Source: Candidatus Omnitrophota bacterium (lineage in GTDB: Bacteria > Omnitrophota > Gorgyraeia > 2-02-FULL-51-18). Taken from it: a stretch of 64,000 nt of DNA. Under the pieces are notes generated by a model. The model saw nothing but the letters and a program-made list of their open reading frames with translations. It had not been told where the DNA came from and did not search any database. Numbering within the stretch: the stretch's first letter is position 1; each line of letters starts with the position of its first letter. A program made the position numbers and the translations under genes. Where the stretch lies: positions 5,679 to 69,678 of the forward strand of contig CAMDWQ010000010.1 in the NCBI GenBank assembly GCA_945877765.1, read 5' to 3'. This document shows, piece after piece, positions 18,868-29,294 of this stretch.

Positions 18868-20778
18868 GTGGAGATAAAAAAGATGACATCCAAAATAGCA
18901 CCTGAAATTTTAAAGCAGAAGACCCCCTTCCTTTTATGGGTCCTTTTGGTGTTGGCGCTTGCTGTCAAGATTTTGTACTTAAAATCCAGCATGGGCGGGC
19001 CTTTTTATGATCCGCTTCTTTTGGATCCTAAATATTACCACCAGTGGGCTCTGCGTCTGGTTGGGGGTCAGTGGGATACCGGCGTGTTTTATGGCTTGCC
19101 TCTTTACCCTTATTTTCTAGCACTCTGCTACAAGGTTTCCGACAATTCCCTTTTATTTGTGAAGTCGTTTCAAATCGCCCTGGGGATGGGGACGCTATTT
19201 CTTATTTATAAAATTGGCTGTAAACTTCGGGATGTAAAAGTAGGGTTGTTGGCGGTTTTTTTTGCGGGGATTTACGGACCTCTATTTTTTAATGAGACGG
19301 TCTTGATTGCCGAGACGCTCAGTTTGCCGCTTTATGCCTTGTCATTTCTGTGTGTGTTGAGATTTATAGACGAGATCAATTTTAAAAATGCTATTTTTTT
19401 AGGCTTGGCCGCGGGTCTGGCGACTCTGACAAAGGCCGGTATCTTGCTTTTTATGACGCTCTTTTTTATATATTTATTTTTTTGTACATTGGGGAAAAAA
19501 GGCAAGCTATCGGCGGTGCTTGTTTGCCTTTTGTTTTATTTTGGAATATTGGCGCCGGTCACTATTCATAATTTTGTGCGGGGACAAGATCACGTTTTTC
19601 TTACTTCCCATGCCGGGTTTAATTTTTATATTGGTAATAACAGCCAATCTCAAGGCGTCTTTGTGGCCCCCGAAGGTACTGGATCCAATGTGGAGGCTCA
19701 AATTGCCGACTCGCGGCAAGTCGCTGAGGAGGAGATGGGCCGGCCGCTAAAACCATCGGAGATTTCTAATTTTTGGGCCCAGAAAGCATGGAGTTTTATT
19801 CGCGGAAACCCCAGGCAGTTTGCGGAGCTTTGCGGGAGAAAATTGGCGCTCTTTTTTGATAGTCGCGAGATTTCTGATGTGGATGATTATCAATTTGGAG
19901 CCAAGATTAATGAATTTCTTCAGATTCCCTGGATGAATTTTGCGGTGCTGGGGCCGCTGGTGTTCATGGGTTTTGTGTCGCTCATGCGCCAGCCGGGGTA
20001 TCGGGTGGTGACTTTTGCGTGGATAGGTACGTATTTGGTGGGACTGGTGAGTTTTTTTGTGACGGCACGTTATCGGCTACCACTTTTGCCTGTGTTTTTT
20101 CCTCTGGCGGCCATGGGGGTGTTGGATTTGTGGGAAAATTTAAAGAAATTTTCACTAATCAATAGCCTATTATTGCTGGCGGCGCTGGCAGGGGGCATTG
20201 TGGTTTCGAGGATGGAATTAGTCCATACCGATTGGTCCCGGAACTATATCAACGCTGGGGACGCGCTTTTGGAAAAAAGGGATACGCTGGCGGCCAAGGA
20301 TTTCTATAAGCAAGCTCTTGAAATTGACCCTTACTCGGGAAAGGCGAATCTGGCGATGGGTTTGGTGTTGACTCGGGAAGGCTCTTATGACGAAGCCAAG
20401 GATTACTATGTGCGAGCGATCGATATTGACCCCGAAAACTCCCAAGCTTTCAATAACCTGGGGCTTTGGTATGACCGCAAAGGCGAGGCGGATTCTGCCG
20501 AGAAATATTTTCTAAAGGCGATTGAGTTAAAGCCCAATTCTTCGCAGGCGCATAACAACCTAGGCATGGTTTACGGGAAACGCGGCGACAATGAGAAAGC
20601 GCTTAAAGAGTTTGAATTATCGCTGGCCCTCAACCCTAACAGCGCTCGAGCCAATACCAATTTGGGCTTGATTCTCCGGCGAGCGGGACAGACGGAGGAA
20701 GCCAGGCGGCTTTGGGAGAGGGCGCTAGAGATAGATCCTGAGTTTAATGAGGCCAAAAAGGCTTTAGAGCTTATTTAG
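18868..20778 (+). CDS. Polytopic membrane glycosyltransferase (GT39/ArnT/PMT_2-like) fused to C-terminal TPR repeats
   Basis: 636 aa; roughly 11 transmembrane segments; C-terminal NLGLWY..., NLGMVY..., NLGLIL... TPR units. Confidence 0.7.
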   Translation: MEIKKMTSKIAPEILKQKTPFLLWVLLVLALAVKILYLKSSMGGPFYDPLLLDPKYYHQWALRLVGGQWDTGVFYGLPLYPYFLALCYKVSDNSLLFVKSFQIALGMGTLFLIYKIGCKLRDVKVGLLAVFFAGIYGPLFFNETVLIAETLSLPLYALSFLCVLRFIDEINFKNAIFLGLAAGLATLTKAGILLFMTLFFIYLFFCTLGKKGKLSAVLVCLLFYFGILAPVTIHNFVRGQDHVFLTSHAGFNFYIGNNSQSQGVFVAPEGTGSNVEAQIADSRQVAEEEMGRPLKPSEISNFWAQKAWSFIRGNPRQFAELCGRKLALFFDSREISDVDDYQFGAKINEFLQIPWMNFAVLGPLVFMGFVSLMRQPGYRVVTFAWIGTYLVGLVSFFVTARYRLPLLPVFFPLAAMGVLDLWENLKKFSLINSLLLLAALAGGIVVSRMELVHTDWSRNYINAGDALLEKRDTLAAKDFYKQALEIDPYSGKANLAMGLVLTREGSYDEAKDYYVRAIDIDPENSQAFNNLGLWYDRKGEADSAEKYFLKAIELKPNSSQAHNNLGMVYGKRGDNEKALKEFELSLALNPNSARANTNLGLILRRAGQTEEARRLWERALEIDPEFNEAKKALELI

Positions 20779-20840
20779 AAGGGGGGTTGAAAATTAATTA
20801 GAATATGATAGAATATAAATGAAGCATAAGGAGGTCTCTC

Positions 20841-21083
20841 ATGTCGAAAGTGATTACGTTGAGGTTAAGTGATGAAGAGTATGGGCGCATTTCCGCGACA
20901 GCTCTTGTGGAGCATCGGCCTATTTCAAATTTTATAACCGCTGTTGTTTTAAGAAAAATAGACGACTCTTCCTATACGGATGCGATTGAAACGGCTCAAA
21001 TCCATTCGGATAAGAAATTGATGGCAAAGCTCAAAGCGGGGCATGCGGATGCGCGCCGCCTGAAAGGGAAGTTTGCAGGCTAA
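20841..21083 (+). CDS. Putative RHH/CopG-type antitoxin
   Basis: 80 aa; MSKVITLRLSDEEYGRI; overlaps the downstream RelE/ParE gene. Confidence 0.55.
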   Translation: MSKVITLRLSDEEYGRISATALVEHRPISNFITAVVLRKIDDSSYTDAIETAQIHSDKKLMAKLKAGHADARRLKGKFAG

Positions 21084-21354
21084 GTTTAGACTATTTGAGA
21101 CAGAGAGCTATCTTAAGGACTTAGAGAGCGATTTTGGCGGGAAGAGTTTTAAAATAAAATTAAAGCTTGCCGATGTTGTGTACTCTCAAATTCGTCAGAA
21201 TCCCTATTTTGGAAAAAATATCAAAAAGCTTCGAAACTATGAGCCCGAAACTTGGCGGTACCGTGTCGGTGATTTTAGGTTTTTTTATTCGATCGATGAT
21301 AGAGGCAAGACAATCTTAATGATTGCGGCTGACAACCGAGCGGACGCCTACTAG
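21073..21354 (+). CDS. RelE/ParE-family toxin
   Basis: 93 aa; WRYRVGDFRFFYSIDDRGKTILMIAADNRADAY. Confidence 0.75.
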   Translation: MQAKFRLFETESYLKDLESDFGGKSFKIKLKLADVVYSQIRQNPYFGKNIKKLRNYEPETWRYRVGDFRFFYSIDDRGKTILMIAADNRADAY

Positions 21355-21465
21355 CAATTTTATATGAGACGACCACATGATCGATGACCAGGTAGATTGG
21401 ACCCTTGAGTTCATTGATCAATCATTTCTTGCCAATCCAATCCTGGGTCATTAAAATGACCGAAT

Positions 21466-22815
21466 ATGAAATCCAAAGAATCCGAAACGCTTGAATTCAA
21501 AACCTCCACCTCTGAGCTCAAAGAAGCTGTTATTTCCATTTCCGCTATGCTCAACAAGCACGGTAAGGGCGAGCTCTACTTTGGAATCAAGGATGATGGC
21601 AGTGTTCTTGGGCAGATGATCGGCAGAAATACGATAAAAGATATCACCGAAGCCATTTCTGCGCACATCGAGCCCAAGATTTTTCCGCAGGTGAAAACAA
21701 AGAAAATCCAAGGCAAAGACTGCATCAAAGTCGAGTTTCATGGGAATCATCGGCCCTATTTTGCTTATGGCCGTGCTTACATGAGAGTCGGTGAATCGGA
21801 TAAGCAATTAAGCATCCAGGAGATGGAGGATCAGTTTGTCCGGAAAAATAAGATTTTTTGGGAGGAAGAAATCTCGAAAAAAAAGCTTTCAGACGTGAGT
21901 GTCAAAACCGTCAGAGAGTACATGCAAAAAGCCAATGCAGCCAAGCGTATTAATTTTAAGTATACCAATGTCAAAACAACGTTAAGTAAACTGGACCTTC
22001 TCAATCGAGGTCGCTTGACCCGTGCCGCCGAGATTCTGTTTTGCAATGAAAATTCGATGGAAGTCCAAGCCGCCGTTTTTGCCACGAACGATAAGATCAC
22101 CTTTATCGACATCCAGAAGTTTAGTGGAAATCTCTTCAGCCTGCGCACTCAATCGGAAGAATACATCAAGAAACATATCATGTGGCGTGCAGACATGAGC
22201 GAGAGCCGCCGCAAGGAAATCCCTGAAATCCCTGTCAGGGCATTTTCCGAAGCCATCGGGAATTCGCTTTGCCACAGGGATTATTCCAATCCTAAAGGTA
22301 ATGAGATTGCAATCTTTAAAGACAGAATTGAGATTTACAATCCAGGAAAGTTCCCTGAAGAAATTCACCTAGAAGATTTTTTTAAGGGCAAAGGACGCTC
22401 TATTCTACGCAATCCCCTGATTGCCGAAACCATGTACAAGTCCGAAGATATCGAAAAATGGGCAAGCGGGTTAAAACGAATTTACGATGAATGCCAAACC
22501 GCCGGGATACGAGTGGAGTTTGAATCAATCAGTACAGGATTTCTTCTGACTTTTCATCGGCCTAAGTGGGAACAGGGTGGCCAGAACAGGTTGGTAGAAG
22601 GGTTGGTAGATAGGTTGGTAGAAAAGTTGGCAGAAAACCAGAAGAAAATCATCAATCTGATAAAAAAGAATTCTTCTGTTTCCAAGAAAGAACTGTCGAA
22701 TAAAATTGGCATCAGCACCACCGCCATTGACAAAAATATCGATCAATTAAAGAAAAAAGGTTTACTCAGCCGGGTTGGCCCTGACAAAGGCGGTCATTGG
22801 GAGCTTTTGAAATGA
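21466..22815 (+). CDS. AlbA_2 / Schlafen-like divergent-AAA ATP-binding protein with a C-terminal winged-HTH (RecG-C-terminal-like putative regulator)
   Basis: 449 aa; N-terminal ETLEFKTS...ELYFGIKDDGSVLG; C-terminal triple repeat VEGLVDRLVEKL plus an HTH. Confidence 0.6.
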   Translation: MKSKESETLEFKTSTSELKEAVISISAMLNKHGKGELYFGIKDDGSVLGQMIGRNTIKDITEAISAHIEPKIFPQVKTKKIQGKDCIKVEFHGNHRPYFAYGRAYMRVGESDKQLSIQEMEDQFVRKNKIFWEEEISKKKLSDVSVKTVREYMQKANAAKRINFKYTNVKTTLSKLDLLNRGRLTRAAEILFCNENSMEVQAAVFATNDKITFIDIQKFSGNLFSLRTQSEEYIKKHIMWRADMSESRRKEIPEIPVRAFSEAIGNSLCHRDYSNPKGNEIAIFKDRIEIYNPGKFPEEIHLEDFFKGKGRSILRNPLIAETMYKSEDIEKWASGLKRIYDECQTAGIRVEFESISTGFLLTFHRPKWEQGGQNRLVEGLVDRLVEKLAENQKKIINLIKKNSSVSKKELSNKIGISTTAIDKNIDQLKKKGLLSRVGPDKGGHWELLK

Positions 22816-22896
22816 GGTACACTTTGGAAAGGGCCCTAGAGCTCATTTGACACCCGCCATGCCTGCGTCTATAATAAGAGGCTAAATTTTAAACAT

Positions 22897-22966
22897 GTCA
22901 TTCCCGAAAGTTTTGATCGGGAATCAAACCTAGACGTGATCCCCGATTAAGGATTTCGGGGACGAC
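22897..22966. repeat. REP family A doublet (forward ATTCCCGA variant plus reverse ATCCCCGA unit)
   Basis: GTCATTCCCGAaagttttgaTCGGGAATCA ... TGATCCCCGAttaaggattTCGGGGACGAC. Confidence 0.8.
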
Positions 22967-22987
22967 ACTATAAGGACATTTTTGTAA

Positions 22988-24067
<1,080 letters not shown>

Positions 24068-24068
24068 C

Positions 24069-25271
24069 TTGAAAAAAACCATTCGCGATTTTAATCTAAA
24101 GGGAAAACGTGTTCTTATCCGCGTGGATTTTAATGTCCCGCTGGACAAAGAACTGCGCATTACCGATGACAATCGAATTCAAGCCTCGCTTCCAACGATT
24201 CAGCATGCGCTGGAGCAGGGCGCGTATGTTATTTTGATGAGCCATTTGGGGCGCCCTGAAGGAAAGCAAGTTTCGTCGATGAGCCTGACTCCTGCGTCGA
24301 AAAGGCTATCGGAGTTGATTGGAAAAAATGTGATTCAATGCTCTGATTGCGTGGGTGCGCGCGTGAAGGAGGAGCTGAAGGTTTTGGACGCCGAGTCTCC
24401 TGTGGCGGTGCTTGAAAATCTACGCTTTTCTCCTCTGGAAGAAAAAAACGACGCTGAGTTTGCAAGGCAGTTGGCTGAAAACGGGGACATTTACATTAAT
24501 GACGCGTTTGGTTCAAGTCATCGCGCTCACGCCTCCATCGAAGCGATCACCAAATACCTTCCGTCTGGCGCTGGGTTTTTATTGAGCAAAGAAATCGAAT
24601 ATTTCGAAAAGGCTGTCTCTCATCCGGAACGTCCCTATATTACGATTCTCGGCGGTGCTAAAGTAACGGATAAAATCAAACTCATCTTGAGTCTCATGGA
24701 TCGAGCGGATACGATATTGATCGGTGGGGCTATGGCGTATACCTTTTACCGCGTCATGGGAATCAAAATTGGAAATTCGAAGTTTGAGGAAAAAGGTCTT
24801 CCGTTTGCTGAAGAAATTTTAAAAAAAGCCAAAATTAAAAATACGGACATCCAATTTCCTGTGGATCGCGTCATTTCTCAGGAGTTTAAGGAAAACGCGG
24901 TTTCAAGGATTGTCGAAGGTGATATTCCTGACGGCTGGATGGGAATGGATATTGGACCCAAAACCGTTGCTAAATATAAAGACACCCTTTCCAAAGCCAA
25001 GCTGATTGTCTGGAACGGCCCCATGGGTGTATTTGAGATGCGGCCTTTTGACAATGGGACTCGCGCGCTCATGGAGCATGTTGCCTCTTTGACGGGAAAA
25101 GTAACGACGATTATCGGCGGCGGCGACACAGCGGCGGCTGCAGCTCATTTCCATTTAGAAGACAAGATGTCGCATGTTTCGACCGGCGGCGGCGCCTCTT
25201 TGGAATACCTGGAAGGGACTCCTCTTCCTGGCGTTGTGGCCTTGGAAGATAAGGAAAAAGTTCATGCGTAA
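24069..25271 (+). CDS. pgk: Phosphoglycerate kinase (TTG start)
   Basis: 400 aa; RVDFNVPLD; C-terminal GGGDTAAA...STGGGASLE. Confidence 0.92.
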   Translation: MKKTIRDFNLKGKRVLIRVDFNVPLDKELRITDDNRIQASLPTIQHALEQGAYVILMSHLGRPEGKQVSSMSLTPASKRLSELIGKNVIQCSDCVGARVKEELKVLDAESPVAVLENLRFSPLEEKNDAEFARQLAENGDIYINDAFGSSHRAHASIEAITKYLPSGAGFLLSKEIEYFEKAVSHPERPYITILGGAKVTDKIKLILSLMDRADTILIGGAMAYTFYRVMGIKIGNSKFEEKGLPFAEEILKKAKIKNTDIQFPVDRVISQEFKENAVSRIVEGDIPDGWMGMDIGPKTVAKYKDTLSKAKLIVWNGPMGVFEMRPFDNGTRALMEHVASLTGKVTTIIGGGDTAAAAAHFHLEDKMSHVSTGGGASLEYLEGTPLPGVVALEDKEKVHA

Positions 25272-26034
25272 ACCGATTATTGCCGGTAACTGGAAATTAA
25301 ATAAGACAATCAATGAAGCGGCGCAATTGGTGACGCTTTTAAAGCGGCAAATCCCTGATACTCAGCACGTGGATGTGGTGATTTGTCCGGTGGTCACCGC
25401 CCTTGCGGCCGTGTCGGAAATTTTGATTGATTCGGATATTCAACTGGGTGCCCAGGATTTGTACTGGGAGGAGAAGGGGGCTTTTACCGGTCAGGTTTCC
25501 GGAAGTCTTCTAAAGGACGCGGGGGCCAAGTATGTCATCGTTGGCCACTCAGAAAGGCGTCAGTTTTTTAATGAAACTCATGAGACAGTAAATAAGAAGG
25601 CGAAGGCCGCGCTAAAGAATGGTTTGACGCCGATTGTATGTGTGGGCGAGATGCTGGCCGAAAGAGAAAGTCAGACGACGTTTCAAGTCATTGAGGCGCA
25701 ACTAAAAGGCGCTTTTGCAGGATTTTCAGCCGACGAGATGAGCCGGATTATTTTGGCGTACGAGCCGGTGTGGGCAATAGGGACGGGAAAAGTGGCAACG
25801 CCGGCCCAAGCCCAGGAAGTGCATTTATTTATTCGCAAAGAAATTTCAATACTATTTGGAGAAGAGGTCGCGCGCGGCATTCGTATTCAATACGGAGGCA
25901 GCGTGAAAGCGGACAATATTGCGGAGCTGATGAGGCAAGCGGATATTGATGGTGCGCTTGTCGGCGGCGCCAGTCTCGATGCCAATGGTTTTTCTGATAT
26001 CGTTAAAAACGCCCAAGTGGCGGCGTTAAAGTAA
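25264..26034 (+). CDS. tpiA: Triosephosphate isomerase (start revised to the ATG at 25264; the track ORF from 25174 overlaps pgk)
   Basis: [14 protein letters not shown]-terminus; IVGHSERR; AYEPVWAIGTG. Confidence 0.9.
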   Translation: MRKPIIAGNWKLNKTINEAAQLVTLLKRQIPDTQHVDVVICPVVTALAAVSEILIDSDIQLGAQDLYWEEKGAFTGQVSGSLLKDAGAKYVIVGHSERRQFFNETHETVNKKAKAALKNGLTPIVCVGEMLAERESQTTFQVIEAQLKGAFAGFSADEMSRIILAYEPVWAIGTGKVATPAQAQEVHLFIRKEISILFGEEVARGIRIQYGGSVKADNIAELMRQADIDGALVGGASLDANGFSDIVKNAQVAALK

Positions 26035-26045
26035 ATTGATGCAAC

Positions 26046-26115
26046 GTTATCCCCGAAATTTTTTATCGGGGATCATGCTTAGGTTTGATTCCCGATTAAA
26101 GCATTCGGGAATGAC
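26046..26115. repeat. REP family A doublet between tpiA and secG
   Basis: TTATCCCCGAaattttttaTCGGGGATCA ... TGATTCCCGAttaaagcatTCGGGAATGAC. Confidence 0.8.
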
Positions 26116-26153
26116 AGAGGAATGACAAAAGAATGACAATAGAGGAGTTTTAA

Positions 26154-26543
26154 ATGTATATTTTTCTGATGATTGTCCATGTGTTTGTGTGTTTTGTGCT
26201 TATCGCAGTCGTTTTGTTGCAGGCAGGACGCGGCGGCGGATTTTCCGAAATGATGGGCGGTGCTCAGCCGCAGAGTATTTTTGGAACGCAAACCAATATG
26301 TTTATGACGCGTGCCACTGAAGTGTGCGCGGTTCTTTTTATCGTGACGTCGCTTTCGCTTGGAATTTTGTCAACCCAACGTGGTAAATCGCTCATGGCAA
26401 AAGGAATGGACTTAGACATCCTAAAGAAAACAAGCGCTATAATGCCGGCCCAGATTCCCGCGGCACCTGTTGCGTCCGCTCCAGTTGCTGTGGCGGCGGT
26501 TGCGACCACTTCACCGGCAGCAGCGGATGCTCCTAAAAGCTAA
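26154..26543 (+). CDS. secG: Preprotein translocase subunit SecG
   Basis: 129 aa; two transmembrane segments with LLQAGRGGG; conserved gap-pgk-tpi-secG synteny; Ala/Pro-rich C-terminal tail. Confidence 0.8.
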   Translation: MYIFLMIVHVFVCFVLIAVVLLQAGRGGGFSEMMGGAQPQSIFGTQTNMFMTRATEVCAVLFIVTSLSLGILSTQRGKSLMAKGMDLDILKKTSAIMPAQIPAAPVASAPVAVAAVATTSPAAADAPKS

Positions 26544-28158
26544 AATTCGTCTGAAAAAAAATATTTTTGTATCCCCACCAACATTACTGGTGGGGATATT
26601 TTTTTTGACCGTCTCTCCCTGTCTGGCAGCCCCGGTGGAGGGGGACGCGTTTGTTACTTCTTCCATCAGCGAACCGTCAAACCTTATTCCTTTTTTGGCT
26701 TCCGACAGTGCCTCGCACGCGGTCACCGCGCTTATTTTTAATGGACTGGTCAAATACGATGAGAATTTAAAATTGATCGGAGACTTAGCCGAGCGGTGGG
26801 AAATCCAGGACGGCGGGCTGCGAATTCTATTTTATTTGCGTAAAAATGTGCGCTGGCAGGATGGTGAGCCGTTTACGGCTGAGGATGTGAAGTTTACTTA
26901 CCAGAAGCTGACAGATCCTGCCACACCAACTCCTTACGGCGGCGATTTTGAAAAAGTGAAGTCTTTGACGGTAGTAGACCCGTACACGATTGAAGTGATT
27001 TATAAAGAGACTTTTTCGCCGGGGCTTGCCAGCTGGTCGATGGGGATTGTGCCTAAGCATCTGTTGGAAAAAGAGAATCTACTCAAGACTGATTTTACAC
27101 GCCATCCGATAGGCACCGGACCTTATCGGTTAAAAAAATGGACAACGGGCCAGTCTTTGGAACTTTGGGCCAACGCCGATTATTTTGAGGGTAAACCGCC
27201 AATCAAACGCTATATCTATCGCATAATCCCTGATCAGACCACGAGCTTTTTGGAGCTGTCCGTGGGCAACATTGACATGGCGGCATTGACACCGCTTCAG
27301 CACCAAAAACAAACAGACACATTATTTTTCACAAAAAATTATCAGAAGTTTCGCTACCCTAGTTTTGGTTACTGTTACCTTGGCTATAATCTCAAACACC
27401 CATTTTTTTCTGATCAACGGGTGCGCAAGGCTCTGGGCTTAGCGGTCAATAAGAAGGAAATTATTGAAGCGTCCCTTTTGGGGCTTGGCAAAGTCTCGAC
27501 GGGTCCGTTTTTACCTGGGACTTGGGCATACAATCCCGATGTCCCTGAGGGCGTGTTTGATCCGGCGGCCGCGCGGACCCTCTTAAAAGAAGCGGGATTT
27601 ATCGCTGTCGGTCAGGACGGAATTCTTAGCCGAGACGGCAAAAAGTTTTCATTTACTGTTCTCACCAATCAAGGCAACGACCAGCGGAAAATGGCTTGCG
27701 AGATTATTCAAAAACGGCTCAGGGATGTGGGTGTCCAGATGGATATCAGGACCGTCGAGTGGGGGACTTTTTTAAAAGAGTTCATCGATAAGAGAAACTT
27801 TGATGCCGTGATGCTGGCGTGGCAGCTTTCGTATGACCCGGATATTTATGATATTTTTCATTCTTCCAAAACCAAACAGGGTGAGTTTAATTTTATCGGG
27901 TATAAAAACCAGGAAGTGGACGCGCTTCTGGATGAAGGCCGAAGGGAATTTGACGAAACGGTGCGCGCCAAGATTTATCATCGTATTCACCAAATCTTAA
28001 GTGATGACGAGCCTTATCTATTTCTTTATGTTCCTGAAGCGCTGCCTGTGGTGCACCGACGGTTTCAAGGGGTTCGGCAGGCGCCAAAAGGGGTTGGATT
28101 TAATTTCATTCATTGGTATGTGCCAAAGGATGAGCAAAAATATAAACTCAAAGCGTAA
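26527..28158 (+). CDS. ABC transporter substrate-binding protein, family 5 (OppA/DppA/NikA-like); start uncertain (track 26470; ATG 26527 preferred)
   Basis: About 543 aa; signal-peptide-like N-terminus; first gene of the permease-permease-ATPase-ATPase operon. Confidence 0.8.
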   Translation: MLLKAKIRLKKNIFVSPPTLLVGIFFLTVSPCLAAPVEGDAFVTSSISEPSNLIPFLASDSASHAVTALIFNGLVKYDENLKLIGDLAERWEIQDGGLRILFYLRKNVRWQDGEPFTAEDVKFTYQKLTDPATPTPYGGDFEKVKSLTVVDPYTIEVIYKETFSPGLASWSMGIVPKHLLEKENLLKTDFTRHPIGTGPYRLKKWTTGQSLELWANADYFEGKPPIKRYIYRIIPDQTTSFLELSVGNIDMAALTPLQHQKQTDTLFFTKNYQKFRYPSFGYCYLGYNLKHPFFSDQRVRKALGLAVNKKEIIEASLLGLGKVSTGPFLPGTWAYNPDVPEGVFDPAAARTLLKEAGFIAVGQDGILSRDGKKFSFTVLTNQGNDQRKMACEIIQKRLRDVGVQMDIRTVEWGTFLKEFIDKRNFDAVMLAWQLSYDPDIYDIFHSSKTKQGEFNFIGYKNQEVDALLDEGRREFDETVRAKIYHRIHQILSDDEPYLFLYVPEALPVVHRRFQGVRQAPKGVGFNFIHWYVPKDEQKYKLKA

Positions 28159-28300
28159 TTTCCTCCCCTTACGAAGGGGAGGTGCCGGAGGCGGAGGGGT
28201 TGTGGGGGTTTACGTATGCTGTTGACGTGTCAACCACCCCGTCGCCTTCGGCACCACCCCTCCTTCGAAAGGAGGGGAAAGAGTGCTCAATTTTCCCCTC
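28159..28300. repeat. Family B structured intergenic repeat, copy 1 (about 140 bp)
   Basis: About 92% identical to 35540-35700. Contains hairpins TCCCCTTACGAAGGGGAG and CCTCCTTCGAAAGGAGGG flanking a long imperfect stem GGTGCCGGAGGCGGAGGGGTTG...CAACCACCCCGTCGCCTTCGGCACC. Confidence 0.8.
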
Positions 28301-28313
28301 TATGGGATGAATA

Positions 28314-29294
28314 ATGACTAAATATTTTTTAAAAAAAACAGCAGGAACAGTACCACTTTTGATTGGGATCACCCTGATCACATTTTTGGTGATCCATCTG
28401 GCGCCGGGAAGCGCGGTGGATGCGAAGGCAAGTTTTAACCCGAAAATGACTGCTCAAGCCAAAGCCAAACTTGAAAGTCTTTATGGCCTTGACCGCCCGA
28501 TTCTTGTGCAATACGCCGACTGGATGGGGCGCTTGGTGCGGTGCGATTTTGGGACGTCATTTGTTGATGGGAAGCCCGTGACGGAGAAGATTTTACAAGC
28601 GGCTCCGGTCACGCTTGCGATTAACTTGGGTACCTTGCTGCTGATTCTTGTTCTTGGGATTCCGCTGGGCGTCTACGGCGCGGTTCGGGCGGGGACTCTT
28701 GGGGACAAGGTGCTAACGGTTGTCGTATTTGCTGGTTTTTCAGTGCCGACGTTTTGGCTGTCGTTGATTCTTATGTCCTTTTTTGGAGTGAGGCTTGGTT
28801 GGCTTCCAATTTCGGGGCTTCATTCGCTTTTTTATGACGAGATGGGGACGTGGCAGCAGTACTTGGATTTGGGGCGTCATTTGATCCTGCCTATTGGTGT
28901 AGCCGCTTTTACTTCTGTCGCGGGAATTTCGCGCTACGTGCGTAGCGGCATGATTCAGGTCCTAGAAAAGCCATATATCCGTACGGCGCGCGCGAAGGGG
29001 CTATCTCGAAATCGTGTGATTTATGGGCACGCCCTGCCCAATGTTTTTTTGCCGCTGATTACAATTTTAGGGCTTTCGATTCCGGGTCTTTTGGGGGGGA
29101 GCGTCATTTTTGAAACCATTTTTTCCGTGCCAGGAATGGGGCGTCTTTTTTTTGATTCTGTTTTTACGCGTGACTATCCGGTAATCATGGGGATTTTGAC
29201 TTTGGGCGCCTGCCTGACGCTTTTGGGAAATTTTCTGGCGGATATTGGCTATGCACTTGCGGACCCGCGGATCCGGGTGGGGGAGCATTCATGA
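28314..29294 (+). CDS. ABC transporter permease (OppB/DppB-like)
   Basis: 326 aa; 6 transmembrane segments; EAA-like region RTARAKGLS. Confidence 0.85.
   Translation: MTKYFLKKTAGTVPLLIGITLITFLVIHLAPGSAVDAKASFNPKMTAQAKAKLESLYGLDRPILVQYADWMGRLVRCDFGTSFVDGKPVTEKILQAAPVTLAINLGTLLLILVLGIPLGVYGAVRAGTLGDKVLTVVVFAGFSVPTFWLSLILMSFFGVRLGWLPISGLHSLFYDEMGTWQQYLDLGRHLILPIGVAAFTSVAGISRYVRSGMIQVLEKPYIRTARAKGLSRNRVIYGHALPNVFLPLITILGLSIPGLLGGSVIFETIFSVPGMGRLFFDSVFTRDYPVIMGILTLGACLTLLGNFLADIGYALADPRIRVGEHS

Noticed and set aside
28001-28381. ORFs 28001..28225 (+) and 28169..28381 (-) with Gly-rich translations.
   Set aside because: They lie entirely within the GC-rich family B repeat, and the same artefact appears at the second copy, so they are not coding.
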